Assembly (NCBI GenBank): GCA_030668875.1
Contig: DAOVER010000009.1
Span: 30,001 to 62,000, forward strand
DNA length: 32,000 nt
From: Candidatus Heimdallarchaeota archaeon
Lineage (GTDB): Archaea; Asgardarchaeota; Heimdallarchaeia; Heimdallarchaeales; Heimdallarchaeaceae
Direction: 5' to 3'
In this document: positions 17,701-26,172 of the stretch, piece after piece
Position numbering within the stretch: position 1 is the stretch's first letter
Layout: every line of letters begins with the position of its first letter
Notes under the pieces: model-generated
Database searches by the model: none
Seen by the model: the letters and a program-made list of their open reading frames with translations, nothing else
Told to the model about the DNA's origin: nothing
Translations under genes and position numbers: made by a program

Positions 17701-20444
17701 GAAATAGCTTTAATAGCACGCCTCAGCTGTTTAAGAGAAGATATAGGAAGTTCTTCATTTCTGTAACTACGGTTATTGAATATACTGTCTACTAAATCCT
17801 TCCTGAAAAGTATCTCTTTGGTGCCTTCTTTTCCAAAAACCTTGGACAGAACCTGTTGGTGTAATTCTCTTAGTAAAGCACTTCTATCAGAAATCTGAAC
17901 GATATCCGCTATACCTAAAAGAACAATACCATGAGCAAAAGGGCTTGGAATATCTGTTAATGGAGCTATTTTATATGTATATTCTCCTTTTTCTAACTTC
18001 TTAATGACAGAGTGAGAATTTTCTAAATCCATATAGTCTCGCAAGATTTCTCGATATGTCTCCTTAATAACACAGAAAGAATCTTGCGTTTTTAGAGTTG
18101 GAAATAATCTTCGTGCGTACATGGTTTGTCTGGAAACAGGAATGTATTTGTTACCGCTCCTTCTTAAGATCATAAGAGCTCTATTTGCAACATGTCTAAA
18201 TCGTGTTTGGAAAAGTTCAGTGTTTATGATAGCTTGTTTAACAAGATTTTCCAAGTTATCTGAAGAAATCAAGTTTGGGATGACTGAAGTATCATAGATT
18301 TTGCCTGTTGGTAGCATCAATAAGAAACCGTTATCATTAACAGCTGAAGCTACATCAGCATTAATTTCTCTACCAATAGAAAAAGCAAATGCTCGTGCAA
18401 GAGTATCATTAACCCTCCTTCCAAAGTAAGCATGAAAAATGATAGTCATTCTTCCTTGAGGATCCAAAAATGACTCAATTAGGAGAGATTTTTCGTTTGG
18501 AATAATATTCAAAAAGAGTTGCTGTTCCTTCACATAATCAACAATCGTTTTAGCAATTATCTCATCAACTTTAAATGAAGCTTGAATCCATTCAACTGTT
18601 TCTTTGGCTTTCTCTTTCTGAATTCTCTGAGCAACAACATCAACAAATCTACCAATTTGTTGGGATAATTCAAATGATCGAGGTAGTTCTTCTCCAACCC
18701 AATTAGGTATTGTTGGTCTTCTTCCGAACGACTCCGAAACTACTACACGTAATCCAACAGTTCGTTTGAATTGGTAAGAATGGCTTCCTAATACAAAAAC
18801 ATCTCCAGGAGTAAGTTTTTCAACAAACTTTTCTGAAAGAACCCCTATTCGAGTCCTATAAGTTTCAAGTTCAACCCTGTAATTTGAATTTTCAGGAATT
18901 GTACCAATATTCGTATAAAATATTAATCGAGTATTCCTCTTCTTTCCAAACGCTTTTTCTTTATGATCATACCAAATCTTTCGGTAAACTTTCTTCTCTT
19001 CAATATCTAGATTATATCCACCCAAGTACTCTAATACATTAATGTAATCAACGAAACTAAGCGTTCTGTAATTATACGAGCGCTTAATCATTGTGTAAGC
19101 TTCATCTACATTCCATCTTTTTGTTATGGATATTCCAACTATAAACTGAGCAAGAACATCAAGACAGTTTTGAGGAATCTGAACTTTATCCAGCACATGA
19201 CCATAAGCACTTTTTGTCAGCACGGCGCATTCTATAGCATCATCTCTACCAGTAACAAGGAGCCTTCCACGTGCTATTCTATCAAGAGCATGACCACTAC
19301 GACCAACTCGTTGAAGATATTTTGCTACTGTTTTGGGTGAACCTATCTGTGAAACTAACTCAACGCTTCCGATATCTATCCCCAACTCTAAGGAAGTCGA
19401 AGTTACAGCTGCAATTAACTCATTATTTTTCAACCTGTCTTCTACATCCAACCTAATTTCTCTCGATAAACTAGAATGGTGTACAGCTATAAGAGGTGTA
19501 TATTCATCCCCTAGAAACTCTTTGAGTTTGAAAGCAACGCTTTCTGCTCCTTTTCTCGTATTTGTAAAAATAATTGATGTTTCATGATCTAATGTAAGAT
19601 CAGCTAAAACAGAATAAATCCCTTCTTGCACCGCAACATAGGGAGTATGAAGCAAATCTTTTACTGGGCTTAATACTTCAAGGTCTAGTTTTCTTTGCGG
19701 AGGAAGATTAGCTATGTAGCAGTCGTTTTCTACACCATTATCATCTCTTCCAACAAGAAACCGAGCTATTTCTTCTATAGGTGCTTGTGTTGCAGATAGT
19801 CCAATCTTAGTTAATTTTTTCTCTACAAGTTGAGTTTGAAGATATTCTAAAAATAAAGATAAAAAAACACCTCTCTTGTTTGAGCTAACTTCGTGAATTT
19901 CATCTAGTATAAGCCAGCGAACACTTCTCAGATGTTGTGAGAACTTTGGAGAAGTTAGGATTAAACCTAAGCTCTCAGGAGTTGTAATCAATATATGGGG
20001 AGGAGTTTTCAGCATCTTTACTCGTTGAGATTGAGGAGTGTCTCCTGTCCGAACATCAACTCTTATTTTAGGCACAACAATATTATTTGCAGCTGCAAGA
20101 TCTTGAATTCCTTGCAGAGGTTCTTCTAGATTTTTTCTGATGTCATTTCCTAAAGCTTTGAGGGGGGAAATATAAAGGACATATATCTGATCTTTCAATT
20201 TCCCCTTGGTAGACTCTATGTAAAGCTCGTTAATTGCGGCTAGAAAGGCAGCAAAGGTTTTTCCTGAACCAGTTGAACTAAAAATCAGTGTGTTCTTCTG
20301 CTCATGTATTAGTGGAATAGAGTATAATTGTGGAGGTGTAAAACCTGCAGGGAATCTAGAGGTAAACCAATCTTTTATTTCCTCAGCTAGAAAAGAGAAA
20401 ATAGAATCAGCTGTGGAGGGGTTATCTAGATAATGCAGAGTCAT
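14718..20444 (-). CDS. lhr: Lhr-family SF2 DEAD/H helicase with about 1000-aa C-terminal extension of winged-helix/AlkZ-like repeats
   Basis: TPPQ, motif I SSTGSGKT, YISPLKALGNDI, TTPESL, DEIH, SAT, HHSSL, TSLELGIDIG, QRVGRSGH, LDVLAQ, FRHVANR. The core ends near residue 870. Confidence 0.92.
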   Translation of the reverse strand: MTLHYLDNPSTADSIFSFLAEEIKDWFTSRFPAGFTPPQLYSIPLIHEQKNTLIFSSTGSGKTFAAFLAAINELYIESTKGKLKDQIYVLYISPLKALGNDIRKNLEEPLQGIQDLAAANNIVVPKIRVDVRTGDTPQSQRVKMLKTPPHILITTPESLGLILTSPKFSQHLRSVRWLILDEIHEVSSNKRGVFLSLFLEYLQTQLVEKKLTKIGLSATQAPIEEIARFLVGRDDNGVENDCYIANLPPQRKLDLEVLSPVKDLLHTPYVAVQEGIYSVLADLTLDHETSIIFTNTRKGAESVAFKLKEFLGDEYTPLIAVHHSSLSREIRLDVEDRLKNNELIAAVTSTSLELGIDIGSVELVSQIGSPKTVAKYLQRVGRSGHALDRIARGRLLVTGRDDAIECAVLTKSAYGHVLDKVQIPQNCLDVLAQFIVGISITKRWNVDEAYTMIKRSYNYRTLSFVDYINVLEYLGGYNLDIEEKKVYRKIWYDHKEKAFGKKRNTRLIFYTNIGTIPENSNYRVELETYRTRIGVLSEKFVEKLTPGDVFVLGSHSYQFKRTVGLRVVVSESFGRRPTIPNWVGEELPRSFELSQQIGRFVDVVAQRIQKEKAKETVEWIQASFKVDEIIAKTIVDYVKEQQLFLNIIPNEKSLLIESFLDPQGRMTIIFHAYFGRRVNDTLARAFAFSIGREINADVASAVNDNGFLLMLPTGKIYDTSVIPNLISSDNLENLVKQAIINTELFQTRFRHVANRALMILRRSGNKYIPVSRQTMYARRLFPTLKTQDSFCVIKETYREILRDYMDLENSHSVIKKLEKGEYTYKIAPLTDIPSPFAHGIVLLGIADIVQISDRSALLRELHQQVLSKVFGKEGTKEILFRKDLVDSIFNNRSYRNEELPISSLKQLRRAIKAISPIRTIESVPPSIYHRCISDPKQIKSWAFALHNNKEFMEIYLSQTERRTISLEDFPLYWNIYLQSIELSEKDKQILDLVKEKFPISSTKISADLELPNQEVKLSLEKLERAILITRMDFETYKGKTTWKYISIEDFVPESFRVKARKLDPEVCLENIVLRYLKTNGPSSESDIVEYLLLDQEKISRTLMELEQKNKILKGQIIASTLEPQFIRLEDRELLRNLSNRKQDSLLLTSEELNFVHYYFTVDSYFKQALIGKESILYLLDDFGSIADLSSLAFRIKDYDIDWVRELVEKNEIIQGRFSHNRLSYVSREHFPYYYVAYREKFELSKVEEKILNTLQKYGPMTRRELVEHIDLDEDIIQESIMILDKTLHLVRKSVAIDSFLPKQFVPNVYDISSRYFTFDKLPDYDKSIQFILNKLIESLGPVSLIELTHISGFKYSDVEKHIRDLIKKKKIIEKKLTTRETNYYLTHKRFETISKLKAEFINLSLHEDEKTLILPRSDPFTKLGLRLHIRDVYGEGKIDPILLDGEVVGSVEYKLHRGKYLQIYNLQLDDIVAYNFLLLQKIASELVSYTRKIHRVLSLQIEDINGKSVLSTVNKFIKDSLIKTGFILIQDTLVGGDTITRVFSKNIVSKYVMDKVWLRKDSLAINETSLLSLINHFGVLSFEVIITRFPETMNAIITFLVNKLLEEKKILCQDGKLYSLTFARYRKSGLRKRRKLKIEHEELLKHITKGTSNLQDLSHKWTGPGTALKPSLRILETNMLIGVRSINNTYLPQEYWDISNFIPEFDDDLTVIKRRYVKDIVSSLGLPSENQIIERAFIPVILTKIKIKEILSALIEEEEIFGGRFIEDDLSFYYITSKNYDDLIMHEKQFEVLRDYSSEKDRGRFYVLHPTDVAHSLLRNNMPERFDISGDNYLILLNQKLAAQCKIESSNEKQLTVKDLNIAPWVQNEGSFNYIINAIETISPSHGSSTPIVSIKKVNGINAYTLVK

Positions 20445-20470
20445 CTGATGATATCAAAAATACTTTTCAC

Positions 20471-20478
20471 TATAAATA
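20471..20478 (-). promoter_or_regulatory. Putative TATA box (TATTTATA) of the lhr operon
   Basis: Located 26 nt upstream of the lhr ATG with no SD, consistent with a leaderless mRNA. Confidence 0.5.
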
Positions 20479-20521
20479 TAATTTTATTACAAAGCAAATT
20501 ACAGTATCTGGAATAAGACCA

Positions 20522-21028
20522 TTACTTTGGTTCTAAAGACATCTCAGAACTTCCTTTCTTCCCCCATTCCATAACGAATGCAGATTCACCATCTTTGTAG
20601 TACTCTTTGTATTCCTTCTTGATGTAAAAACCTAGTTTTCTATACATTTCAATAGCAGCAACATTCGATACTCTAACTTCTAGATATACGGTTTCAACTT
20701 CATGATCAATCAGTTTTTTCAAACCATATTTCATGATTTTAATACCTAATCCTTTGCGTCTATATTTGGGTATAACAGCAATTGAAATGACATGTCCTTT
20801 TGCAGATTGTACTCCAAGAAAAGATGTAAATGGGCGTTCGATTCGCGAAAGAACATATCCTATTATTTCTTCATTCATTTCTGCTACAACACAAGCATAG
20901 CCAAAATCACTTAAAATGCGATAGAAAAAATCAAAAGAATAGTTTTCAGGAAGGCAAATCTTATTTATTTTCATGATTTCATTTATATCACTTAATTCTG
21001 CTTGTCTAGTAGTGTAGATAAGTTCCAT
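20522..21028 (-). CDS. N-terminal protein acetyltransferase, Ard1/RimI family GNAT
   Basis: LPENYS..FF, HVISIAV.PKYRRKGLG, LEVRVSN.AAI.MY.KLGF, YYKDGESAFVM. Confidence 0.9.
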   Translation of the reverse strand: MELIYTTRQAELSDINEIMKINKICLPENYSFDFFYRILSDFGYACVVAEMNEEIIGYVLSRIERPFTSFLGVQSAKGHVISIAVIPKYRRKGLGIKIMKYGLKKLIDHEVETVYLEVRVSNVAAIEMYRKLGFYIKKEYKEYYKDGESAFVMEWGKKGSSEMSLEPK

Positions 21029-21146
21029 CCTCGAGCCTTCTATTATTCAAGAACAAAGTTCTTTTTTCAATTTTTTGTTAAGACGATAGAATTAGACTAA
21101 ATTAAGAATATTCTTAAAGCTCAATTTAACATTTTTATTGCTTTAA

Positions 21147-22433
21147 ATGACTACTCCTAATGACTCTACAGATGACGACCTAATGCCGGATGAAATAATT
21201 GATAGATTTATGTATGATCCTTCATTACTGCATCGCTGGTTAGAGCAATTAGGAATCAGCTATACAATCAATCTACTTTCTTCTTTACGAAAACCCAATG
21301 ATTCAATTTGGGTACAAGTAAATAGAAGTAAAATTGATTTTGATTCTTTGCTAGACATTTTTGAAGATATGAAATTTAGTGCCAGCAAACATCCACTATT
21401 TGATGATATTATTCAAGTCAAAATTGGTTTGAATGATTTTGATGATACAGAAAAAGCGTTACCAATGATTAAAGTTGATAGAGAATCAACAACAAGTATA
21501 GCGCTAGGAAAAGATGTTAATTCAACAAATGTAACCGAAGTAAATCAGTTTTTTGCAGGTGATACAGTAAGAATAATAGATTTTATTGGGAACATAATTG
21601 CTGTTGGTATTGCAGAAATTCACAGTACAGAAGTAAAAGACAAAACTGTCAGAGTGGCAGCTAAAATCATCAAATCACTAGGTATTACTCCTCAACTAAC
21701 AGAATTAATGGTGTATCGAAGAGGGTATTTCAATATCCTTACTCCAACTCAAGTGTTAAGTGTGAAATCGACATATCTGAAACCCGAAGATAATATATTA
21801 GTCATGGCAGGAGATAAAGGGGACGTAGCTAGCTATATTGCTGAATTAACAAACAATAGATGTCCTATAACTTTTATTGTCAACAACAAGCTTCAACTAA
21901 AAGCTGCAAGAAGACAAATAGCAAGAACAAAAAGTAAAGCAATAAGAATCATAAGGCGTCCGTTTCTACAATTCTTAAATGAAAATCATGAAATTAAGTA
22001 TAGTGTTGTATTTTTAGAACCACCGAATTCAAGAACTGCAATAATGCCTACATTTTCATCAAATTTGGGTATATCAAAGCTAAAAATAATAGCTACAGCT
22101 CAACAGGAAATAATTACCAATCTCTATCGTTGTCTCTACGATTTAGCAACAATCACCTACTTCACTCATTCAGTTGATGTAAGTGAAAATGAAAATGCTT
22201 ACAATCATATTTTGAGTAAGGCATACTACGAAGATGATAAATTTACTGAAGAAATTAGACAATTACAAAAGAAAAAGATAATGTTTTATAGAGATCTCCC
22301 TGAAGAAACATATTCGGATTATACTTTCGAGCACAAGAATTCTACTATCTATATTGATCCCGTAAAAACAAATAACTCTGGTGGATACATAGCCAAGTTC
22401 AAGTTTGGAAAGAAAGACAAGAATGATAATTGA
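21147..22433 (+). CDS. RsmB/NOP2/NSUN6-like PUA-domain protein with degenerate m5C catalytic motifs
   Basis: N-terminal helical region, PUA-like GDTVRI...IAVGIA, then Rossmann region. Motif positions read VMAGDKGDVA, LEPPNS and YFTHS...ENE instead of D.CAAPGGK, DAPCS and YSTCS...ENE. Confidence 0.7.
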   Translation: MTTPNDSTDDDLMPDEIIDRFMYDPSLLHRWLEQLGISYTINLLSSLRKPNDSIWVQVNRSKIDFDSLLDIFEDMKFSASKHPLFDDIIQVKIGLNDFDDTEKALPMIKVDRESTTSIALGKDVNSTNVTEVNQFFAGDTVRIIDFIGNIIAVGIAEIHSTEVKDKTVRVAAKIIKSLGITPQLTELMVYRRGYFNILTPTQVLSVKSTYLKPEDNILVMAGDKGDVASYIAELTNNRCPITFIVNNKLQLKAARRQIARTKSKAIRIIRRPFLQFLNENHEIKYSVVFLEPPNSRTAIMPTFSSNLGISKLKIIATAQQEIITNLYRCLYDLATITYFTHSVDVSENENAYNHILSKAYYEDDKFTEEIRQLQKKKIMFYRDLPEETYSDYTFEHKNSTIYIDPVKTNNSGGYIAKFKFGKKDKNDN

Positions 22434-22435
22434 TT

Positions 22436-23005
22436 TTATCTCATCATCTGGGTATCAAGTTCATTCACTAACCAAATGAAAGCCTCTTTGATACCTTTGC
22501 CATGCAATATACTTGTGTCAAAAACAGCAAAAGTTCTATCTTTTAAATCAAGATGCAAGCCCAACATCTGAATGAGTAGAGGAGCTTCAACAGCACCAGG
22601 AAGATCTTGTTTATTTGCCATGATTAAAGTAGGAACATTTTCCATGTAAGGATTATTGAAAACATGAGTTTTAAGAACATCACGTGCTTCTGGAAGACGC
22701 TCAATGTCAGCAGCATCAATAACAAAGATAACTGCGCTGCAACCTGGGTAATGGGCTTCCCAGAGGAATCTAAAGTGAGATTGTCCGGCCACATCGATTG
22801 CTGTTATTGTCCAACCTTCAAATTCAAAGGATTCAATATTTTGTCCTATTGTTGGTGTAAGGTTTTCAGCGAATTTCCCAAACCTCATAAAACGTGTCAA
22901 AGTAGTTTTTCCAGCCGCATCTAACCCCAGAATCAGGATTTTTGCCTTTTGTTCCTTCTTAAGCTTTGTTCTTAACCAAGAGGAAAATGACCCAAACATA
23001 CTCAT
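22436..23005 (-). CDS. Arf-family small GTPase
   Basis: ILILGLDAAGKTT, PTIGQNIE, DVAGQ..FRFLW..HY, FVIDAAD.ERL.EA, NKQDLP. N-terminal amphipathic extension. Start at 23005 or 22999. Confidence 0.9.
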   Translation of the reverse strand: MSMFGSFSSWLRTKLKKEQKAKILILGLDAAGKTTLTRFMRFGKFAENLTPTIGQNIESFEFEGWTITAIDVAGQSHFRFLWEAHYPGCSAVIFVIDAADIERLPEARDVLKTHVFNNPYMENVPTLIMANKQDLPGAVEAPLLIQMLGLHLDLKDRTFAVFDTSILHGKGIKEAFIWLVNELDTQMMR

Positions 23006-23336
23006 TATCTGACAATCCGTTTTGTTATCTTACTTTTAGTAGACATTTTATAAGTGTTTTTTTTGTTATCGTACTATCTGATTCATTTGTTCTATTTCTT
23101 ATTTTAAAGTTTTTCCAGATATGCAACGATGTTTTAGGTATTATTTTCACTTATTGAAGTGTCTACACTCGATTTCTGATTTTTATGTCGGTATTAAAAA
23201 TATTTCTTTACCACTTTATTTTAAAATTTCTTCATTTCTCTACAATTGTTACTCTTTTTAGCCAATAAACTAAAGATTTTTAATATGTGTATTTGGGAAA
23301 AGAGTAGTTGAATTCAACATATTTTGGTGAGAAGTT

Positions 23337-23645
23337 GTGACACAAGGTTCTGGGGAAAATGAAAGCTTGGAAATAATTAACAAAAAAGTTGTTATAGGTC
23401 CTGATCGTTTAACAAGATTTGAACGAGCAAGAATTGTTGGCGCAAGAGCTTTACAATTAAGTATGGGAGCACCCGTCTTATTACCTCTTGAAAATTTTGA
23501 GGATAAATCCCCGCTGGTTATTGCTGAAATGGAGTTACGAGCTAAAGCCTTACCATTAAGCATTAGAAGAACGCAACCTAATAAAACCTATCAGGTCATA
23601 GCATTACAAAGATTAAGAGATATACAAGCTCTAAGAGAGATCTGA
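23337..23645 (+). CDS. rpo6: DNA-directed RNA polymerase subunit Rpo6 (K / RPB6)
   Basis: LTRFERARIVGARALQLSMGAPVL, PL.IAEMEL....LPLSIRR. Confidence 0.95.
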   Translation: MTQGSGENESLEIINKKVVIGPDRLTRFERARIVGARALQLSMGAPVLLPLENFEDKSPLVIAEMELRAKALPLSIRRTQPNKTYQVIALQRLRDIQALREI

Positions 23646-23718
23646 GAGAAAACTACTGACTGCTCATAGAAAGAAACAAATAAAAATAACAACCAAAGCA
23701 CTAAAGTGAGTGACGAAA

Positions 23719-24021
23719 ATGGTCAAAATTCCTGAATCAATGTTCAAATACTGCCCAAAATGCGGCAAACACGTCAATATGAAAGTGAAACAAGAGAAAT
23801 CTGCCAGAAGAGCGGGTGGATTTTCTGCGATGGCTAGAAGAGAGAAAAGGAAAAGACGAGGTTACGGTAATAAAGGAAGGTTTAGTAAGCGTCCAGTCAC
23901 TCAGACCAAGATGGCTTCTAAAACATCTAAGAAGGTTGATTTAAGATTATCTTGCCCTGATTGTGGCAAAAAATGGGTGCTTTCTTATCCAAGAACCAAA
24001 AGAATAGAATTCATCAAATAG
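23719..24021 (+). CDS. rpl44e: 50S ribosomal protein L44e (eL42)
   Basis: MVKIP....YCPKCGKH, RRKRRGYG, K..KKVDLRLSCPDCGK, RIEF. Confidence 0.93.
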   Translation: MVKIPESMFKYCPKCGKHVNMKVKQEKSARRAGGFSAMARREKRKRRGYGNKGRFSKRPVTQTKMASKTSKKVDLRLSCPDCGKKWVLSYPRTKRIEFIK

Positions 24022-24083
24022 ACGAATTTTTCATTCTTTTCTTACAATCATTTTTCGTTTTGTTTTTCATTCCCTACGAAATA

Positions 24084-24091
24084 TTTTATAT
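24084..24091 (+). promoter_or_regulatory. Putative TATA box (TTTTATAT) of sucCD
   Basis: About 23 nt upstream of the ATG at 24115. Confidence 0.45.
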
Positions 24092-24114
24092 ACTTTACAA
24101 TTTTGGCTTTCATA

Positions 24115-25257
24115 ATGAGCATGCTTTATGAATTTGAAGGAAAACTATTATTCAAAGATAGTAAAATTCCAATCCCTTGCATTAGTATTTATACGGATGC
24201 TGAAAGTATAAAGCAATTTGCAGAAGAGATTGGAAGCGACACAATGATGGCAAAGGGTCAAGCTCTAGCCGGAGGTAGAGGAAAAGCAGGATTAATCAAG
24301 AAAGTAACAAAAGAAACTGCTGAGGAATACATTAAGAGTATAATTGGTAGAGAGCACAAAGGAAAACCAGTAGCAGCTGTTATGCTAGAAGAATTAGTTG
24401 AGATCACTAAAGAATATTATTTGGCTTTGATGTTAGATAATAAATCAGGTTCATATCTTATGCTTGCCAGTACTATGGGAGGTGTAGATATTGAGGAAGT
24501 GGCTGAAAACCACCCTACTGAAATACACCGCACGTTACTTCCCATCAATGTTGATCCTCAGACATATCATTTCATGGAACTAGGCAAAGAGATGGGTTTT
24601 AAGGCTAAAACACTGACACAGTTTGCAAGTATTTGTGTTAAGATGACACAGATGGCACTCAAACATGATTTGACACTTGTCGAAATCAATCCACTTGTTA
24701 TCACTCCAGATGATAAGCTAATAGCAGCTGATTCTAAGGTAGTAATTGATGGAAACGCTTACTTTAGGCAGCCTTCCATAGCAGCATTGCAATCCCAAAG
24801 AGATCAACATACTGATTTGGAATTTGAAGCTACTCAAGCTGGAATTAGTTATGTTCAACTTGATGGTGACATAGGTATCATTGCAGGTGGTGCAGGGTTA
24901 TCTATGGCTACTTGTGATTTGCTGGAATTTTATGGTAGTTCTCCCGCTAACTTTCTAGATGTTGGTGGTGGAGCTAATGATGAGAAAGTCTACAAAGCTC
25001 TTGAACTTATATCAAAAATGGATGTTAAGGGGATATTTGTGAACTTCTTCGCTGGTATCACTAGATGTGATGATGTAGCCAACGGAGTAGTTAGTGCAAA
25101 TAAAAAACTAAACATCAAAGTACCTATAGTTATTCGAATGATTGGAACAAAAGATGCTGAAGGTATAAAAATCTTGGAAGAAAACGGAATACACGCTTAC
25201 AATAAAATGGAACCATCAGCTAAGAAAATTGTTGAACTTGTTAAAGGAGGAAATTAA
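24115..25257 (+). CDS. sucC: Succinyl-CoA synthetase (ADP-forming) beta subunit
   Basis: LYEFEGK, KGQALAGGRGKAGLI, GGVDIEEVA, EINPL, DSK, GGAGL.MAT.D, ANFLDVGGGA, NFFAGITRCD.VA.G, R..GT. Confidence 0.95.
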   Translation: MSMLYEFEGKLLFKDSKIPIPCISIYTDAESIKQFAEEIGSDTMMAKGQALAGGRGKAGLIKKVTKETAEEYIKSIIGREHKGKPVAAVMLEELVEITKEYYLALMLDNKSGSYLMLASTMGGVDIEEVAENHPTEIHRTLLPINVDPQTYHFMELGKEMGFKAKTLTQFASICVKMTQMALKHDLTLVEINPLVITPDDKLIAADSKVVIDGNAYFRQPSIAALQSQRDQHTDLEFEATQAGISYVQLDGDIGIIAGGAGLSMATCDLLEFYGSSPANFLDVGGGANDEKVYKALELISKMDVKGIFVNFFAGITRCDDVANGVVSANKKLNIKVPIVIRMIGTKDAEGIKILEENGIHAYNKMEPSAKKIVELVKGGN

Positions 25258-25258
25258 G

Positions 25259-26131
25259 ATGGCTGTACTATTAGATAAATCTACTGAAGTGATTGTACAA
25301 GGAATGACTGGAAAACAAGGTAGTTTCCATGCAAAATCAATGATAGAATACGGTACACAAGTTGTGGCTGGAGTAACCCCTGGTAAAGGAGGACAGGAAG
25401 TTTTAGGTGTTCCAATATATGACACAATGAAAGAAGCTGTAGAAGCAACACAAGCAACAGCTTCTGTTGTTTTTATACCAGCCCCCTTTGTTTATTCAGC
25501 TGCTCTTGAAGCAGTTGATTCAGGTATTGAACTTCTAACTATAATAACTGAAGGAGTACCAGTAAGAGACACAGCAAGAATCAGAAGAAGAGTATTTGAA
25601 CAAAATGCAACTTTAGTCGGTCCAAATTGTCCAGGCCTCATAACTCCTGGTGAAGCAAAAATCGGTATCATTCCAGGGGCTATTTGTTCTAAAGGAAATG
25701 TTGGAATTGTAAGCCGAAGTGGAACTCTTACTTATGAAATCATCCAACATCTCACATTGAGTGGTTATGGGCAATCTACATGCATTGGGCTTGGCGGAGA
25801 TCCTGTTAGAGGTATAGATTTCAAGGAAAGTCTTAGATTATTCGAACAAGATCCTGAAACAAAACACATTGTTTTAGTTGGAGAGATTGGTGGGACAGGG
25901 GAACAAGAAGCCGCTCAACTCGTAATAGAAGAAATTTCTAAACCCGTTTATGCTTTTATCGCCGGAAATGGTACATGGGTTAAGCCTGGAAAGCAAATGG
26001 GACACGCTGGAGCAATAGTACATGGTAAATCAGGAACTGCTCAAGAAAAACTTCGTATTTTGAATGAAGCAGGAATCTTAACAGCTAATACTCCTAGTGA
26101 AATTCCAAACAAAATTAAAGAAAATATGTGA
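25259..26131 (+). CDS. sucD: Succinyl-CoA synthetase alpha subunit
   Basis: VQGMTGKQG.FH, GVTPGKGG, IITEG, GPNCPG, SRSGTLTYE, GLGGDP, GEIGG, phospho-His motif MGHAGA. Confidence 0.96.
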   Translation: MAVLLDKSTEVIVQGMTGKQGSFHAKSMIEYGTQVVAGVTPGKGGQEVLGVPIYDTMKEAVEATQATASVVFIPAPFVYSAALEAVDSGIELLTIITEGVPVRDTARIRRRVFEQNATLVGPNCPGLITPGEAKIGIIPGAICSKGNVGIVSRSGTLTYEIIQHLTLSGYGQSTCIGLGGDPVRGIDFKESLRLFEQDPETKHIVLVGEIGGTGEQEAAQLVIEEISKPVYAFIAGNGTWVKPGKQMGHAGAIVHGKSGTAQEKLRILNEAGILTANTPSEIPNKIKENM

Positions 26132-26172
26132 TAATATCACATTTCTTTTTCATCTTTTATTCTGTTTTATAT

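Noticed and set aside
23006-23336. Long intergenic region with a TTTTGTTATC direct repeat and short AGTGT-CT-ACACT palindrome, considered as ncRNA or operator
   Set aside because: Very AT-rich, the repeats are short enough to be chance, and I see no stable structure or credible ORF.
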